A DNA stretch of 64,000 bases from the NCBI GenBank assembly GCA_040876265.1, contig JBBDPN010000001.1:310208-374207 (forward strand), in the 5' to 3' direction. Source of the DNA: Candidatus Woykebacteria bacterium. Lineage in GTDB: Bacteria > Patescibacteriota > Microgenomatia > Woykebacterales > RBG-16-39-9b. Below, piece after piece: positions 28,335 through 38,816 of the stretch; the first letter of the stretch is position 1, and the number at the start of each line of letters is the position of its first letter. The position numbers and the translations under genes are program-made. Under the pieces are notes generated by a model that saw nothing but the letters and a program-made list of their open reading frames with translations, ran no database searches and was not told where the DNA came from.

Positions 28335-29618
28335 CTAAGGCAACAGACTACGTAGCCAGGAAGATAGCTTTTTCACTATCGAAAGTATGTTCCTCCCTCT
28401 AGGCAACCCCAGACTTACCCTTGAGGAGGGTACAGAAACTTTTTCTCCAAAGAGTATTAAACCCACGCTGTTCGCATACGCCGGAGCAGAAATCTCATCT
28501 ATTAGCCCACTAACGCCTTTTGGCTCAGCAACACGTACCGGCATTTTTAGAACCTCTTTACCGACGGCGGCTAAGTGAACTGTCTCTGCTCCTCCTCCAG
28601 ATATAACTAACCCAGCTGGAAGTAGTCCAGCGTAACCGGCCCTTTTTATTTCCATACCAATAAGAGTAAATATTTCCGTAAGTCTGGGTTTAACTATACC
28701 TTCAACTAAGGTCTTCTTTTGAAGGGTACCAAGGTTTTCAGTTATATCTAATTTTGAGGTGTCTATCTCACTTGATTTCTTCTTATCCTCCTTTTCTTGT
28801 CTCCCTTCATCTTCGTCAACCCCAACTGTCTCTTTACCGCTCAGAGCTAATTTAATTTTTTCAGCCGCTTCTAAAGAGCTGCGAAGGCCGATGGCTAAAT
28901 CATTAGTTATATTCTTACCACCAACTGGGATTACCGCCGAATGGGCGATAGAACCATCAACAAACAAAGAGACATCAGTGGTACCACCACCGATATCAAT
29001 CAGAGCTACACCAAGCTCTCTTTCTGTGTCAGTAAGAGTCGATTCAGCACTAGAGATCCCAGCAAACACTAATCCTTCAACATCCACACCCACCTGTTGG
29101 ATGCATTTGATCAAATTTCTTATTGAAGTCGTAGCTCCAGTAATTATATGCGTCTCCACCTCGAGTCTAACACTAGTCATACCAACGGGATCCTTCACTC
29201 CTTCTTGGGAATCAACTATATAGTCTCTAGGGATAACGTGGATGATTTCGCGAGAAGAGGGCGTCGAAATTGCCTGGGCTGCCTCAATAACCCTACGAAC
29301 ATCGTCTTCTGCTATTTCGTTTTCGCCACCGGCAACGGCCACAACACCGCGCGAATTCACTGAGGAAATGTGGACACCGCTTACACTAACGAAACAGGAA
29401 GAGGCGGAAACACCAGCCATTCTTTCCGCCGATTCCAAGCTTTCGGCCATAGAACTGACTGCTTCGTCAATATCAACCACTTGACCTTTTCTTATTCCCT
29501 TTGAGTTAACTGTGGAGACGCCAATAACCGTCAGACCGTTCTCTGAGGAGGTTGCAATCAGACTTGTAATTTTTGATGAACCAACGTCAATCCCAACAAT
29601 TATTTTTTCTCTAGCCAC
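28335..29618 (-). CDS. ftsA: Cell division protein FtsA
   Basis: GIDVGSSKI, DIGGGTT, C-terminal amphipathic helix. Confidence 0.97.
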   Translation of the reverse strand: MAREKIIVGIDVGSSKITSLIATSSENGLTVIGVSTVNSKGIRKGQVVDIDEAVSSMAESLESAERMAGVSASSCFVSVSGVHISSVNSRGVVAVAGGENEIAEDDVRRVIEAAQAISTPSSREIIHVIPRDYIVDSQEGVKDPVGMTSVRLEVETHIITGATTSIRNLIKCIQQVGVDVEGLVFAGISSAESTLTDTERELGVALIDIGGGTTDVSLFVDGSIAHSAVIPVGGKNITNDLAIGLRSSLEAAEKIKLALSGKETVGVDEDEGRQEKEDKKKSSEIDTSKLDITENLGTLQKKTLVEGIVKPRLTEIFTLIGMEIKRAGYAGLLPAGLVISGGGAETVHLAAVGKEVLKMPVRVAEPKGVSGLIDEISAPAYANSVGLILFGEKVSVPSSRVSLGLPRGRNILSIVKKLSSWLRSLLP

Positions 29619-29649
29619 ATTACCTCTTTAAAGTTAGACCGTTTATAAT

Positions 29650-30129
29650 TTAACGAGAATACCGAACCACAAGTTTTTCGAATCTAAAATCAACGAGAGA
29701 AACGTCCTTCCCTTCTATTTTAGCTTTGGCGAGAACATTTTGTAAAGCCCTGGCCTGATCCTGTAAGTTTTTGTCGGTCGATATTATTACCTTTACTTTT
29801 TCCTTTGTTTGGACAATAAAGAAATTTTCCCGGGATTCTTCTATATTGGTCACACTTAAAATTTTTTTATCTATTAAGTTTAAGATTTTTTTCTTTTGGC
29901 TAATCTGGTCTTCCCCACGGCGCGCCTCCTTCTTTAAACTCAATACGCCTTTTATTCTTGAGGAAAGATCTACCACCGAGAAATTATTAAATTTTAAAAA
30001 ACTGAAACCGGTCCCAACAACTACTAAGACAACCAGCAAAACTTCAAACGCCAAAACTATCCGCCGCTTTTTCGTATGCGTCTTGGAAACGATATTATCT
30101 TGATCTTGGGAAAATTGGTTATATTTCAT
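29650..30129 (-). CDS. Short FtsQ/DivIB-like single-TM protein
   Basis: Position between murG and ftsA; TM; C-terminal VDFRFEKLVV resembles the FtsQ DLRF motif. Confidence 0.6.
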   Translation of the reverse strand: MKYNQFSQDQDNIVSKTHTKKRRIVLAFEVLLVVLVVVGTGFSFLKFNNFSVVDLSSRIKGVLSLKKEARRGEDQISQKKKILNLIDKKILSVTNIEESRENFFIVQTKEKVKVIISTDKNLQDQARALQNVLAKAKIEGKDVSLVDFRFEKLVVRYSR

Positions 30130-31231
30130 CCGATTTATTAACTAGCTTCACGGCTTCATCCACAAACTGTTCGGCGGCACTAGGGTTAATAAGTTTTTTT
30201 GCTTTTTTCGCCTCATTTTTATACCTGTCTAAGTGGGCCATCATAGAATTAATCGCCGAAAGCAATCTCTTGGGAGTGAGCCTTTCTTGATTTAGAACAA
30301 GTGCCATACCCACCCCTACCAACATCTGAGCGCTTTTCTCTTGCTCATTGGCTCCAGCCCACGGAAGAGGGATAAAGATAGCCGGAACCCCAACCGCCGC
30401 TACTTCACTAACCGTGTTCGCTCCTGATCTACCAACTACAATCGACGCTCTAGAGTATATTTGGGCAAGTTCTTCACTATTAACCCACTTGGATAAAGTG
30501 TATCTCCTTTGTAATTTTCTTGGCAGCTGTGAAACCCTTGCTGCCAGAATCTCGTAATCCCTATACTTCTCACTGCTCCCAGTTTGATGTATCACCTCGT
30601 ATTTTTTCACTAGTTCTTCGATTATCTCTAAAACAGCTTCGTTGATAGCGTGAGCCCCCTGGTTTCCTCCGGTAACGAACACTACCGGTATACTAGTTCT
30701 CTGTTTCCTCACGCTTAATACCTCTTTACGTATTGGATTACCAATAACAACGGTTTTTTCTTTCGGAAAATACTCTTGAGAGTCTGGCCAAGAAAGGGCA
30801 ATTCTTTTAGCTAGTCGGGAAATAATACGATTGGCCAGACCTCCTTTTAAAGTCTGTTCGTGGGTAATTGCCGGTATACCCAGAATCCATGCCGCGGCAA
30901 CTACAGGAAATGCAACATAGCTTCCAAATGAGATAACCAAATTTGGTCTTTCCTGGCTTAAAATTAAAAGTGCCGCGACCAACCCAACCGGTATTTTCAA
31001 TAAACTGGTAATTGTGTGTCGAGTAAATTTACGTTGAAACCTACCTGTAGGTACGGAATAGAATTTTACATTTATATTTGGAATTATCGTGGATTCAGCA
31101 CTGGGAGTGTTATCACCCTCCATCGTACTTGAGCGGCCAACGTAGAAGATATCTCTAATGCCTCTTTTTTTTAACTCACCGATTACTGCCAAAGCGGGTG
31201 TGAGGTGCCCACCGCAAATTGTTACTTTCAT
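30119..31231 (-). CDS. murG: MurG GlcNAc transferase
   Basis: GGHLTPA, HEQ, GNPIR, TGGNQGA, RSGANT, EQ. Confidence 0.95.
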   Translation of the reverse strand: MKVTICGGHLTPALAVIGELKKRGIRDIFYVGRSSTMEGDNTPSAESTIIPNINVKFYSVPTGRFQRKFTRHTITSLLKIPVGLVAALLILSQERPNLVISFGSYVAFPVVAAAWILGIPAITHEQTLKGGLANRIISRLAKRIALSWPDSQEYFPKEKTVVIGNPIRKEVLSVRKQRTSIPVVFVTGGNQGAHAINEAVLEIIEELVKKYEVIHQTGSSEKYRDYEILAARVSQLPRKLQRRYTLSKWVNSEELAQIYSRASIVVGRSGANTVSEVAAVGVPAIFIPLPWAGANEQEKSAQMLVGVGMALVLNQERLTPKRLLSAINSMMAHLDRYKNEAKKAKKLINPSAAEQFVDEAVKLVNKSDEI

Positions 31232-31292
31232 AGTGACCTTCGCTACAACAAAGAAAGATTATACTCAAACCTCTCATCTGGTTCAAATTAGA

Positions 31293-32393
31293 TTAAGGCT
31301 GTACCCGGGTTTTGGTATGCCTTGAAATGTTTAAAAGTATTGCCACAGCAAGTATTATGGACACCAAAGAGCTCCCCCCGTAGGAAACAAAGGGTAATGG
31401 TACACCAGTTAGCGGCAGAACCGCAGACAAACCCGCGATGTTTATTAACGATTGTAAGCCAATCCAGGTTGTTATACCAACCGCGACCAGGAAAGAGAAT
31501 TTATCTGGTGCCAATCGTGCAATTTTGAAACCCCGATAAATAATTAATAAGAAGGCCGCAATTAAAACTACCGAGCCAACAAAGCCAAGTTCATTTCCAA
31601 CAACCGCAAAAATTGAATCTGTAGTCACTTCAGGGATAAATCCATATTTTTGCCTCGACTCCCCTAGACCAACACCAAATAGGCCACCCGACCCAAGAGC
31701 AATCAATGCTTGGCTTATGTGATAAGTAATTCCTTTAGGATCTAGCTGGGGGTCAAAAAAAGCGAGAAACCGTGCCTTACGATAAGATGAGGTCAGGACC
31801 AAAGCCGCCGCGGTTGTAAAAATCACCGGAGCCAGTATTAAAAAATGTAATAGGACACCACCCGCAACAAAATAAAGAGCCAGCCCTATCGAAGTGATAA
31901 TTATTGTGGTGCCCATGTCCTTTTGAATGAGCACAATACCAGCTAGCAGGCCAGTAATCAGCAAAAACTGAGCCAACTTCACTTTTTTTGAAAGGAACGC
32001 CGATAGGTAAACTATATAAGCAAGTTTTGCAAACTCTGCAGGTTGTACTCCTACAAGACCAATCCTCAACCATCTTTGCGCGCCGTATATTTTCGCTCCG
32101 AGGCCAGGAATAAAAACGGCAAGAAGAAGAATGACTGCGAATATAATTATAAGCGGAGATACTTTTCGCCAGAAAGTGTAAGGAATTTTGAAAATTATAA
32201 ACCCTAAAATCAGTCCGACCAAAGCCCAAATTACTTGAAAGCGGATAAGATGTAAGGGATCACCGAAATCGCGCAGACTAGTCACTGGGGAGGCATTATA
32301 AACCATCAGCAACCCAAAGATTACTAAAGTAATAGTTGTACCCAGAAGGATGAGATCTGGTTTATGGACTTGGGTCTTGGCAGGTTTTACCAT
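31293..32393 (-). CDS. ftsW: FtsW
   Basis: AQRWL, QPAEFAK, GLGESRQK, GVPLPFVSYGGSS; within the dcw cluster. Confidence 0.94.
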   Translation of the reverse strand: MVKPAKTQVHKPDLILLGTTITLVIFGLLMVYNASPVTSLRDFGDPLHLIRFQVIWALVGLILGFIIFKIPYTFWRKVSPLIIIFAVILLLAVFIPGLGAKIYGAQRWLRIGLVGVQPAEFAKLAYIVYLSAFLSKKVKLAQFLLITGLLAGIVLIQKDMGTTIIITSIGLALYFVAGGVLLHFLILAPVIFTTAAALVLTSSYRKARFLAFFDPQLDPKGITYHISQALIALGSGGLFGVGLGESRQKYGFIPEVTTDSIFAVVGNELGFVGSVVLIAAFLLIIYRGFKIARLAPDKFSFLVAVGITTWIGLQSLINIAGLSAVLPLTGVPLPFVSYGGSSLVSIILAVAILLNISRHTKTRVQP

Positions 32394-32440
32394 AAGCAGA
32401 TTCTTTGATCTTTAATTATACTACGATTTTTTCTGTGTAA

Positions 32441-33811
32441 TCAATCTAAAAATGAGTTTACGGCTTCTTTAAACTTTTCTCCTCTAGCTTCATAATTCTC
32501 AAACATGTCAAAACTTGCGCTGGCCGGAGATAAAACAATCACATCTCCATTTGAGGCTAGATTTTTTGCTGACTCTACAATTTTCCTCATTGAAGTCAAA
32601 TTTTTAACCAACGAACCTTCAAAGTGTCCTGATTTTTTAATGGAATTTTCGATCCTCTTTGCTTCCTCACCAATCAAAATAACCCCCTTTATGTTACTTT
32701 CTACTATTTTCTTACCGAGATTAGAAAAATCCGCTTGTTTACTAGATCCGCCTAGAATTATAATCTTTGGTTCCTTGAAAGAATTAATTGCGGCAATTGC
32801 GGTTTCGGGTGTTGTAGAAGCAGAATCGTTGTAGTATTTGACACCGTTAATTTCGGCCACCAATTCCAATCGGTGAGGCAGTCCTTTGAAGGCACCAATG
32901 GCCTGAGCAGTTACTTTATGGGGAATTTTTAATATGGAAGCAGCCGCTATAGAAGCAGTAATATTCTGAATATTATGCTCGCCTGGTATTTTTATTTTTT
33001 CAGAGTCGATAATTTTGGTTGTGTAATCATCTGAACGAGCAAAAACACTATCTTCTTTGAAATAAGCACCCCGCTTAACTTCTGTATAGCTAGAGTAGTA
33101 GTATTTTTTTGCTTTAGAAATCTCTCCTATCTCTCTAGAAGCTGGGAAATCGTTATCGATGACCACGTAATCGGTTTCGGTTTGGTATTTGACAATTCTC
33201 TCTTTAGCTTGTCTGTACTCATAAACATCCTTGTGCCAATCTAGATGCTCAGTTGTTATCATCAAAATGACGGCGACATGCGGACTTTTCTCTAAATCAA
33301 TTAATTGAAAGCTGGAAAGCTCCAAAATTATCAGTGAGTCGCTAGTAACTTTTTGAATTAAATTCAGCGGTGGCTCGCCGATATTCCCTCCAAGAAGAAC
33401 TTTCTTACCCGCCGACTTCAAAATGTCAGAAATTAAAGTAACCGTGGTTCCTTTTCCCTTGGTCCCAGTCACTCCAATTATTGGTGCTGGGCACAAATCA
33501 AAAAAAAGTTTAGTTTGTGACGTAATAATCGCTCCACGCCGTTTAGCCTCAACTATCTGGGGGAGATCGGGCCTAACCCCAGGCGAGCGAAAGATGATAT
33601 CAAAGTCTGCAAGACCGTCAAGGTAATGCTTTCCAGTAACAACTACAGCGCCTAAATCGCTTGCCTTCTGAAGCTTCTGCTTACCAATTTGCCCTTCCTC
33701 TCTCCTGTCAAACAAGTACAACGTAGACCCTTTACCAGACAAAAAATGTAGCGTCGAAAAACCCTCTATACCAGCACCAACTACGGCTACCTTCTTTCCA
33801 GAAAAGTTCAT
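32441..33811 (-). CDS. murD: UDP-MurNAc-L-Ala:D-Glu ligase
   Basis: RSPGV, GTKGKGTT, ELSSFQL, LPHRLE, SPASASFDMF. Confidence 0.96.
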   Translation of the reverse strand: MNFSGKKVAVVGAGIEGFSTLHFLSGKGSTLYLFDRREEGQIGKQKLQKASDLGAVVVTGKHYLDGLADFDIIFRSPGVRPDLPQIVEAKRRGAIITSQTKLFFDLCPAPIIGVTGTKGKGTTVTLISDILKSAGKKVLLGGNIGEPPLNLIQKVTSDSLIILELSSFQLIDLEKSPHVAVILMITTEHLDWHKDVYEYRQAKERIVKYQTETDYVVIDNDFPASREIGEISKAKKYYYSSYTEVKRGAYFKEDSVFARSDDYTTKIIDSEKIKIPGEHNIQNITASIAAASILKIPHKVTAQAIGAFKGLPHRLELVAEINGVKYYNDSASTTPETAIAAINSFKEPKIIILGGSSKQADFSNLGKKIVESNIKGVILIGEEAKRIENSIKKSGHFEGSLVKNLTSMRKIVESAKNLASNGDVIVLSPASASFDMFENYEARGEKFKEAVNSFLD

Positions 33812-33820
33812 AGGGAAGTT

Positions 33821-34828
33821 TTATAACAAGGCCACGAAAAGACCAACAAAGACTGCTATTGCTCCTGCGAGCCAAAACCTCATCGTTACTTTCGTCTCAT
33901 CCCAGCCCTTAGCTTCAAAATGGTGATGAATTGGGGCCGCAATTAAGATTTTTTTGTGTAAAACCCCCTTTGTAAACATCTGTAAAAGAGAGCTTGCGGC
34001 CTCCAAAACAAATACCGAACCAATAAATGGTAAAACCAACGACGCGTCTACCATTAAGGCGACCACAGCCAGTAGTGCACCAATAGACAGTGCTCCTGTA
34101 TCTCCAAGCCAAACACGCGCGGGATAAATATTAAAGTAAAGAAACGCCAAAAGTGATCCGGTAATGACAGAAATAAAAAGGGCAACATCGCCTAGATTAG
34201 TAGTCGCCGCAAGTACCCAAAATGCCGCTAGGGCAAAAAGTGAGAGTCCAGTTGCCAGACCATCCAGACCGTCAGTAATATTAACCGCATTTGTGGTGGC
34301 AAAAACAACAATAGCTGCCCAGAGAATATACCACGATCCCAGTTCTACTTCAAAGTTGAGGATTGGGACGTGAACCGCAGAAAGGCTCATTTTTGTGAAC
34401 AATAGGTAGCCAATAAAAAATGATAAAACTAGTTGAAGAAAAATTTTGTAACGAAGCCGTAAACCCCATGCCCCGCTTTGTCCGTAGCCATAGAATTTCC
34501 TAATATCATCATAAAGGCCGAGGGCCCCAAACCCAAGCAGAGCGATGTATAGAATAAACGCCGTCCAATTAAGGCTAAATTGTGTAGTTTTGTAAAATAT
34601 TGCGGAAAAGATTATTGAAACGGCAATTACTAAAATCCCTCCCGCATTTGGGGTCCCCACTTTCCACCCATGTATTCTGTTAACTATTGAGGTGAACACC
34701 CCAAAAATGTCTTTTTGAGCCTCTCTTTGACGTTGAAATTTTAATTTGTATAAAGCATCTATAAAAGGAACAGCTGCCACTAGCGTAGCCAAAAATGAAA
34801 CAAGTAATATACCAAGTAGCTTCACCAT
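33821..34828 (-). CDS. mraY: Phospho-MurNAc-pentapeptide transferase
   Basis: GTPNAGG, DDIRK, NAVNITDGLDG, GDTG, APIHHHFE. Confidence 0.96.
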   Translation of the reverse strand: MVKLLGILLVSFLATLVAAVPFIDALYKLKFQRQREAQKDIFGVFTSIVNRIHGWKVGTPNAGGILVIAVSIIFSAIFYKTTQFSLNWTAFILYIALLGFGALGLYDDIRKFYGYGQSGAWGLRLRYKIFLQLVLSFFIGYLLFTKMSLSAVHVPILNFEVELGSWYILWAAIVVFATTNAVNITDGLDGLATGLSLFALAAFWVLAATTNLGDVALFISVITGSLLAFLYFNIYPARVWLGDTGALSIGALLAVVALMVDASLVLPFIGSVFVLEAASSLLQMFTKGVLHKKILIAAPIHHHFEAKGWDETKVTMRFWLAGAIAVFVGLFVALL

Positions 34829-34870
34829 ACGCAGCTAATAATTCTATCATCTACCCAGGCAACAGGCAAC

Positions 34871-36061
34871 CTATCGGTAGATTTCGTAGCGCTTTGAAGC
34901 AATCTCATCGGGGTCAACGTCTTTACCCTCAAGGATAAGTGGAATACGCTCAAGGTGCTTTAGTAAGGAACCTTTGAGATACCAAAGGTCTCCTTTCTGT
35001 AGAATTCCTGAAAGGACACCTGCTGCTTCAAAAACATCCCTCGTCAAAATGACCTGATCTTTACGCATACCTTTTTTCGCTTCCTCCGCAATATATTTAG
35101 TCGCTGATCCAACACACACTAAGTAATCAGGTTTTGTTTGGGCTGCTTTTTTGCCCACGTTCCGGTGTCCCTCTACCTCGTACTTACCTAGTTCTCCCAT
35201 TTCACCAAGCACTGCTATTTTCCTTTTAGCAGGGAGGTCAGCCAACGTTTGAAGCCCAGCTACAGCGGAGGCCGGGTTGGAACGACGTGAATCATTTAAC
35301 AAAACCGTCTCCCTTGGACCAGGCACAATATTCCCTCTACCCTCAAGTGGCTCAAGCTTACTAAGACCAGCTTTTATTTCCCTCCACCTCATACCGGAAA
35401 TTACACCAACTACAGCTGCGGCCATCGCAGTATAAACATGATGCGCTCCCACCAAGGATAAATTGACAGAGTGACTTGTATTTCTAAAGTGGAATTTAAA
35501 GCTGGTACCTTTGAAGTTTGTCTTGATATGAGACGCCCAAAACTCACAATGATACCTATTTCTACCGAAAAAAATAGTTCTTTTTTTAGCCCTCTCGCCC
35601 ATTCGTCTCGCTAGTTGGTCGTCCCAATTCGCCACCACCCAACCATCATTTGGGACAGACAGCGCTAATTTGCTTTTTTCCTTAACTATATTTTCCAGAG
35701 AACCTAAATGTGAAGAATCAGCATGAACCGGAGTTATCCCCGTTATGACCGCCACTTTTGGTTTTGCTACGGAAAGATGATAGTCCATCTCTCCTATCCT
35801 ATCTATGCCGTACTCAAGCACAAGTTTTTGATGGTCAGAAAGTTTTAATATAGTGATCGGAATATTGTACCTAGTATCAAGATTTGTATCGGTTTTTAGA
35901 ACTTTGAATTTCTCCGACAACACTGTAGCTATAGCCTCAGTTGTGTTCGTTTTCCCGTAACTACCAGTTATACCAATTATTTCTACTTCCTTGTGAAGAA
36001 AGAGCCACAACTTTGCTATTAGTCTCCTCAAACTATGATAAATGGATTTTATCTGAGTCAT
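34871..36061 (-). CDS. murF: UDP-MurNAc-tripeptide:D-Ala-D-Ala ligase (short N-terminus)
   Basis: ITGSYGKT, NDS..SNP, LGEMGELG, KGS. Confidence 0.88.
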   Translation of the reverse strand: MTQIKSIYHSLRRLIAKLWLFLHKEVEIIGITGSYGKTNTTEAIATVLSEKFKVLKTDTNLDTRYNIPITILKLSDHQKLVLEYGIDRIGEMDYHLSVAKPKVAVITGITPVHADSSHLGSLENIVKEKSKLALSVPNDGWVVANWDDQLARRMGERAKKRTIFFGRNRYHCEFWASHIKTNFKGTSFKFHFRNTSHSVNLSLVGAHHVYTAMAAAVVGVISGMRWREIKAGLSKLEPLEGRGNIVPGPRETVLLNDSRRSNPASAVAGLQTLADLPAKRKIAVLGEMGELGKYEVEGHRNVGKKAAQTKPDYLVCVGSATKYIAEEAKKGMRKDQVILTRDVFEAAGVLSGILQKGDLWYLKGSLLKHLERIPLILEGKDVDPDEIASKRYEIYR

Positions 36062-36851
36062 TAGTAATTCCCACTCTTTGGCAGTTTTTGATTTCTGATT
36101 TTATTAAAAACCCAGCTATTTTTGCAAAGGCCTTTTCATCTCCGCTAGTAAAAAATATACTTTCTCTTCCGAAACCAGCAATTTTGTTGTTCTCTATTAT
36201 CCTTTTTACTTGCCTCGCCACAGCTTCTCCAGAATCCAAAACTCGCCATGAAGAATTCTGCGTAAATTTTCTTAAGAAAACAAAGTGAGTACAACCTAGT
36301 ACTAAAACATCTACATCCTTCAAATTCCCCTTTTGTAGGTGGTTTTCTAATGCTTTTCCAGCGACCTCCAAATCTCCATTTTCCAATTTTACAACCAGAT
36401 CATCACAGGCTACGCTAACAACCTTACAATTTGCAGCAAATTTATTTATAAGATTAGTTTGATAACTACTTCTGGCAGTGGTGGTAGTTTCCAAAATGGC
36501 TATTTTGTTCGATTTCGTCATTTTTCCGGCAGTTTTCAACACGGGTACTACACCCACAATAGGAACAGATGGGAAGTTTTGTCGGTAGTAATCTATACCA
36601 GTCACGGTAGCAGTATTACACGCTACAACAATTAATTTCGCTTCTTGACCAATCAAAAAATTTATTATTTTTTCGACTCTTTCTTTGATAAAACTTGGAT
36701 CTTTTTTACCGTAGGGAGCGAATTTACTATCCCCAAAATATAAAATTGGCTCGGTAGGCATCTGGCTTCTAACAGCTAAAAAAATACTTAATCCGCCGAA
36801 CCCAGAATCCAAGATGCCGATTGGACGATTATCTGTACCCATAGATTTCAA
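36033..36851 (-). CDS. murI: Glutamate racemase (start possibly 36842)
   Basis: DSGFGG, PYG, ACNTA, LGCTHF. Confidence 0.96.
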   Translation of the reverse strand: MKSMGTDNRPIGILDSGFGGLSIFLAVRSQMPTEPILYFGDSKFAPYGKKDPSFIKERVEKIINFLIGQEAKLIVVACNTATVTGIDYYRQNFPSVPIVGVVPVLKTAGKMTKSNKIAILETTTTARSSYQTNLINKFAANCKVVSVACDDLVVKLENGDLEVAGKALENHLQKGNLKDVDVLVLGCTHFVFLRKFTQNSSWRVLDSGEAVARQVKRIIENNKIAGFGRESIFFTSGDEKAFAKIAGFLIKSEIKNCQRVGITNDSDKIHLS

Positions 36852-37855
36852 TTCAAACCTCTGTAGAGTGCTCTTAATTTTTCACCCCAGTAAGTAACCG
36901 GGTAAAAAACGCTCAGAGGTAAATCCTGAGGCTGCTCGTACTCCAACCTGAAACCCCCGAAACCCTGTTTGAAATACGTCAGACCTCTCCAAGGATGATT
37001 GGGGGAATCGCTCGGAGCTATACCCCAGAAGTTATAATATTTTTTCCCTAGATTTTTAGCAATCTTTATTGCTTCCCACTGGAGCAGGTAACTTGCCGGG
37101 ATTTTCGTTTTTATTGAAGCGCCGTGGTGATAGAAACCACTATCTCCATAGTAAACCACAATCGCAGCTGCTAAAGGCTTTCTCTTGTGTTCGGCAACCA
37201 AAATTTTTACCCGATCTTCTTTATCAAAGGCTAAAAACTCTTTTTCTAAATAATTATCTGGAAAGGGTACAAATCGATGACGTTCAACCGTGGTCCTTTG
37301 TAAATCTTCTAAAATATTGAGTCCGTATTTATTATTTTTCTCCACCACTCTCACATCCTTACGTATTGCATCCTTAATCAAGTACCTTGTACTCTTCCTC
37401 ATACGACCCAATAAATCTTCCTCTGATTTGCTTATATCCAATAGCCAACTTACTTGAGCGTGAACATGAGTAGGTGAAGGTCTGAAACCAAGTCTCCGTA
37501 AAACCTCTCCAAATTTTCCACTCTCAACAACGGGCCTTACTCTCAAAAAACTAACTCTTTCGGACCTTGCAAGCTCTTTTAAGTTCTTGGTCAAAAACTC
37601 AAATTTTTTTTTGTCGAAATCTTCTACCAAAGGGCCTGAAGGACAAAGTAAAAAGCTACCTCTTTTAGCCTTAATTTTTATCGCTATAGCGGCTCCAACT
37701 AATCTTTTTTCCTCCCAGAGACCCAACCGGAAAATTTTATCACCCAAAAACTCGTGGAAATCTCCCCAGTACCAAGAGGCTAGGAAATTGTTGGGGTAAA
37801 ACCCAAGAACGAACTTTTCCCAGGATTTCTCATCTGTGACTGGTTTTATCTCCAT
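36848..37855 (-). CDS. FemABX-family lipid II peptidyltransferase
   Basis: FLASWYWG, MRKSTRYLI, LLQWEAI, YNFWG, GLTYFKQGFGG. Confidence 0.9.
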   Translation of the reverse strand: MEIKPVTDEKSWEKFVLGFYPNNFLASWYWGDFHEFLGDKIFRLGLWEEKRLVGAAIAIKIKAKRGSFLLCPSGPLVEDFDKKKFEFLTKNLKELARSERVSFLRVRPVVESGKFGEVLRRLGFRPSPTHVHAQVSWLLDISKSEEDLLGRMRKSTRYLIKDAIRKDVRVVEKNNKYGLNILEDLQRTTVERHRFVPFPDNYLEKEFLAFDKEDRVKILVAEHKRKPLAAAIVVYYGDSGFYHHGASIKTKIPASYLLQWEAIKIAKNLGKKYYNFWGIAPSDSPNHPWRGLTYFKQGFGGFRLEYEQPQDLPLSVFYPVTYWGEKLRALYRGLN

Positions 37856-37857
37856 TA

Positions 37858-38802
37858 CTACACCTGTATTATTTTTATATTGCGACTAACCAACACGCCA
37901 CTACCCGGTTGGGCGTCTACTTGGGGTAACTGGAGGAGGGGGAATTTTTTGCCGTTCATTGAAATAGCCGAGCCGATCGAAACAACAATGCGGTCATTAC
38001 CTACCCTTCCAAACCCTCCTGGTTTGAAATCCCTACCGCTTAACCTCAAGTTTTCTACCGAAGGATCTACTGGCACCCAGTTTCCATCGGGTACCATGAA
38101 TTCAAGCCAGGCGTGGTAATGCTCACCCTCGTAACCAGCCAAAAACCCTGAAATTAATCTGGCGGGGACGCCCACCACCCGGTAGAGAGCCCCAAGTAAG
38201 CTATCAAATCCTCCACAGTCCACTTGCTTCTTCTCCATGGCCTCTATTGAGTTGTAAAGACCTTCAATTGGACTTCCGTAATGAAAATGGTCTCTAACAT
38301 AAGAATAAAGACTTTCGGTTATCCCAGCCAACTCTTTTTCCTTACCAATAATTTTTTCGGCTAAATCTTTTACTCTTGAACCACCAAAGTTGAAATAAGG
38401 GTCTTCTTTTGTATAAAGCTGGTAGATTGGATCCTTTTTATCAAAGTCCTCCAAACTACCTGTTACCTTGGCTTCTCTTGGTTCTACTAGCACTGTGGAT
38501 TTTTGATTAAATAATAATTCCCCTCCATTTACCGAACTTTCCGTTTTCCAGTGGGCTACGAAGTTACCAAAAAATTCATCCTTCAAAATTTCTTGCTCTG
38601 AAGGGTAAATGCGACTTCCATCAACTTTTTGATACGAAGTATTACGAGGCAGAGGCTGCCAAACTTCTATATATTTTAGGTTTTTAGTAGGTACAACTTT
38701 GAGGTCAATTTCTATTTGGTACTTTTTCCTCCCCGCAAAAGCATTTCTTTCCGCGATTTTTATTTTGTGCTCATTGATTATTTTCTTACCAACACCAAGC
38801 AT
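37858..38802 (-). CDS. Transglutaminase-like domain protein
   Basis: Triad motifs VDCGGF, HAWLEF, WVPVDP. Confidence 0.85.
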   Translation of the reverse strand: MLGVGKKIINEHKIKIAERNAFAGRKKYQIEIDLKVVPTKNLKYIEVWQPLPRNTSYQKVDGSRIYPSEQEILKDEFFGNFVAHWKTESSVNGGELLFNQKSTVLVEPREAKVTGSLEDFDKKDPIYQLYTKEDPYFNFGGSRVKDLAEKIIGKEKELAGITESLYSYVRDHFHYGSPIEGLYNSIEAMEKKQVDCGGFDSLLGALYRVVGVPARLISGFLAGYEGEHYHAWLEFMVPDGNWVPVDPSVENLRLSGRDFKPGGFGRVGNDRIVVSIGSAISMNGKKFPLLQLPQVDAQPGSGVLVSRNIKIIQV

Positions 38803-38816
38803 AATGATTAAAAAAC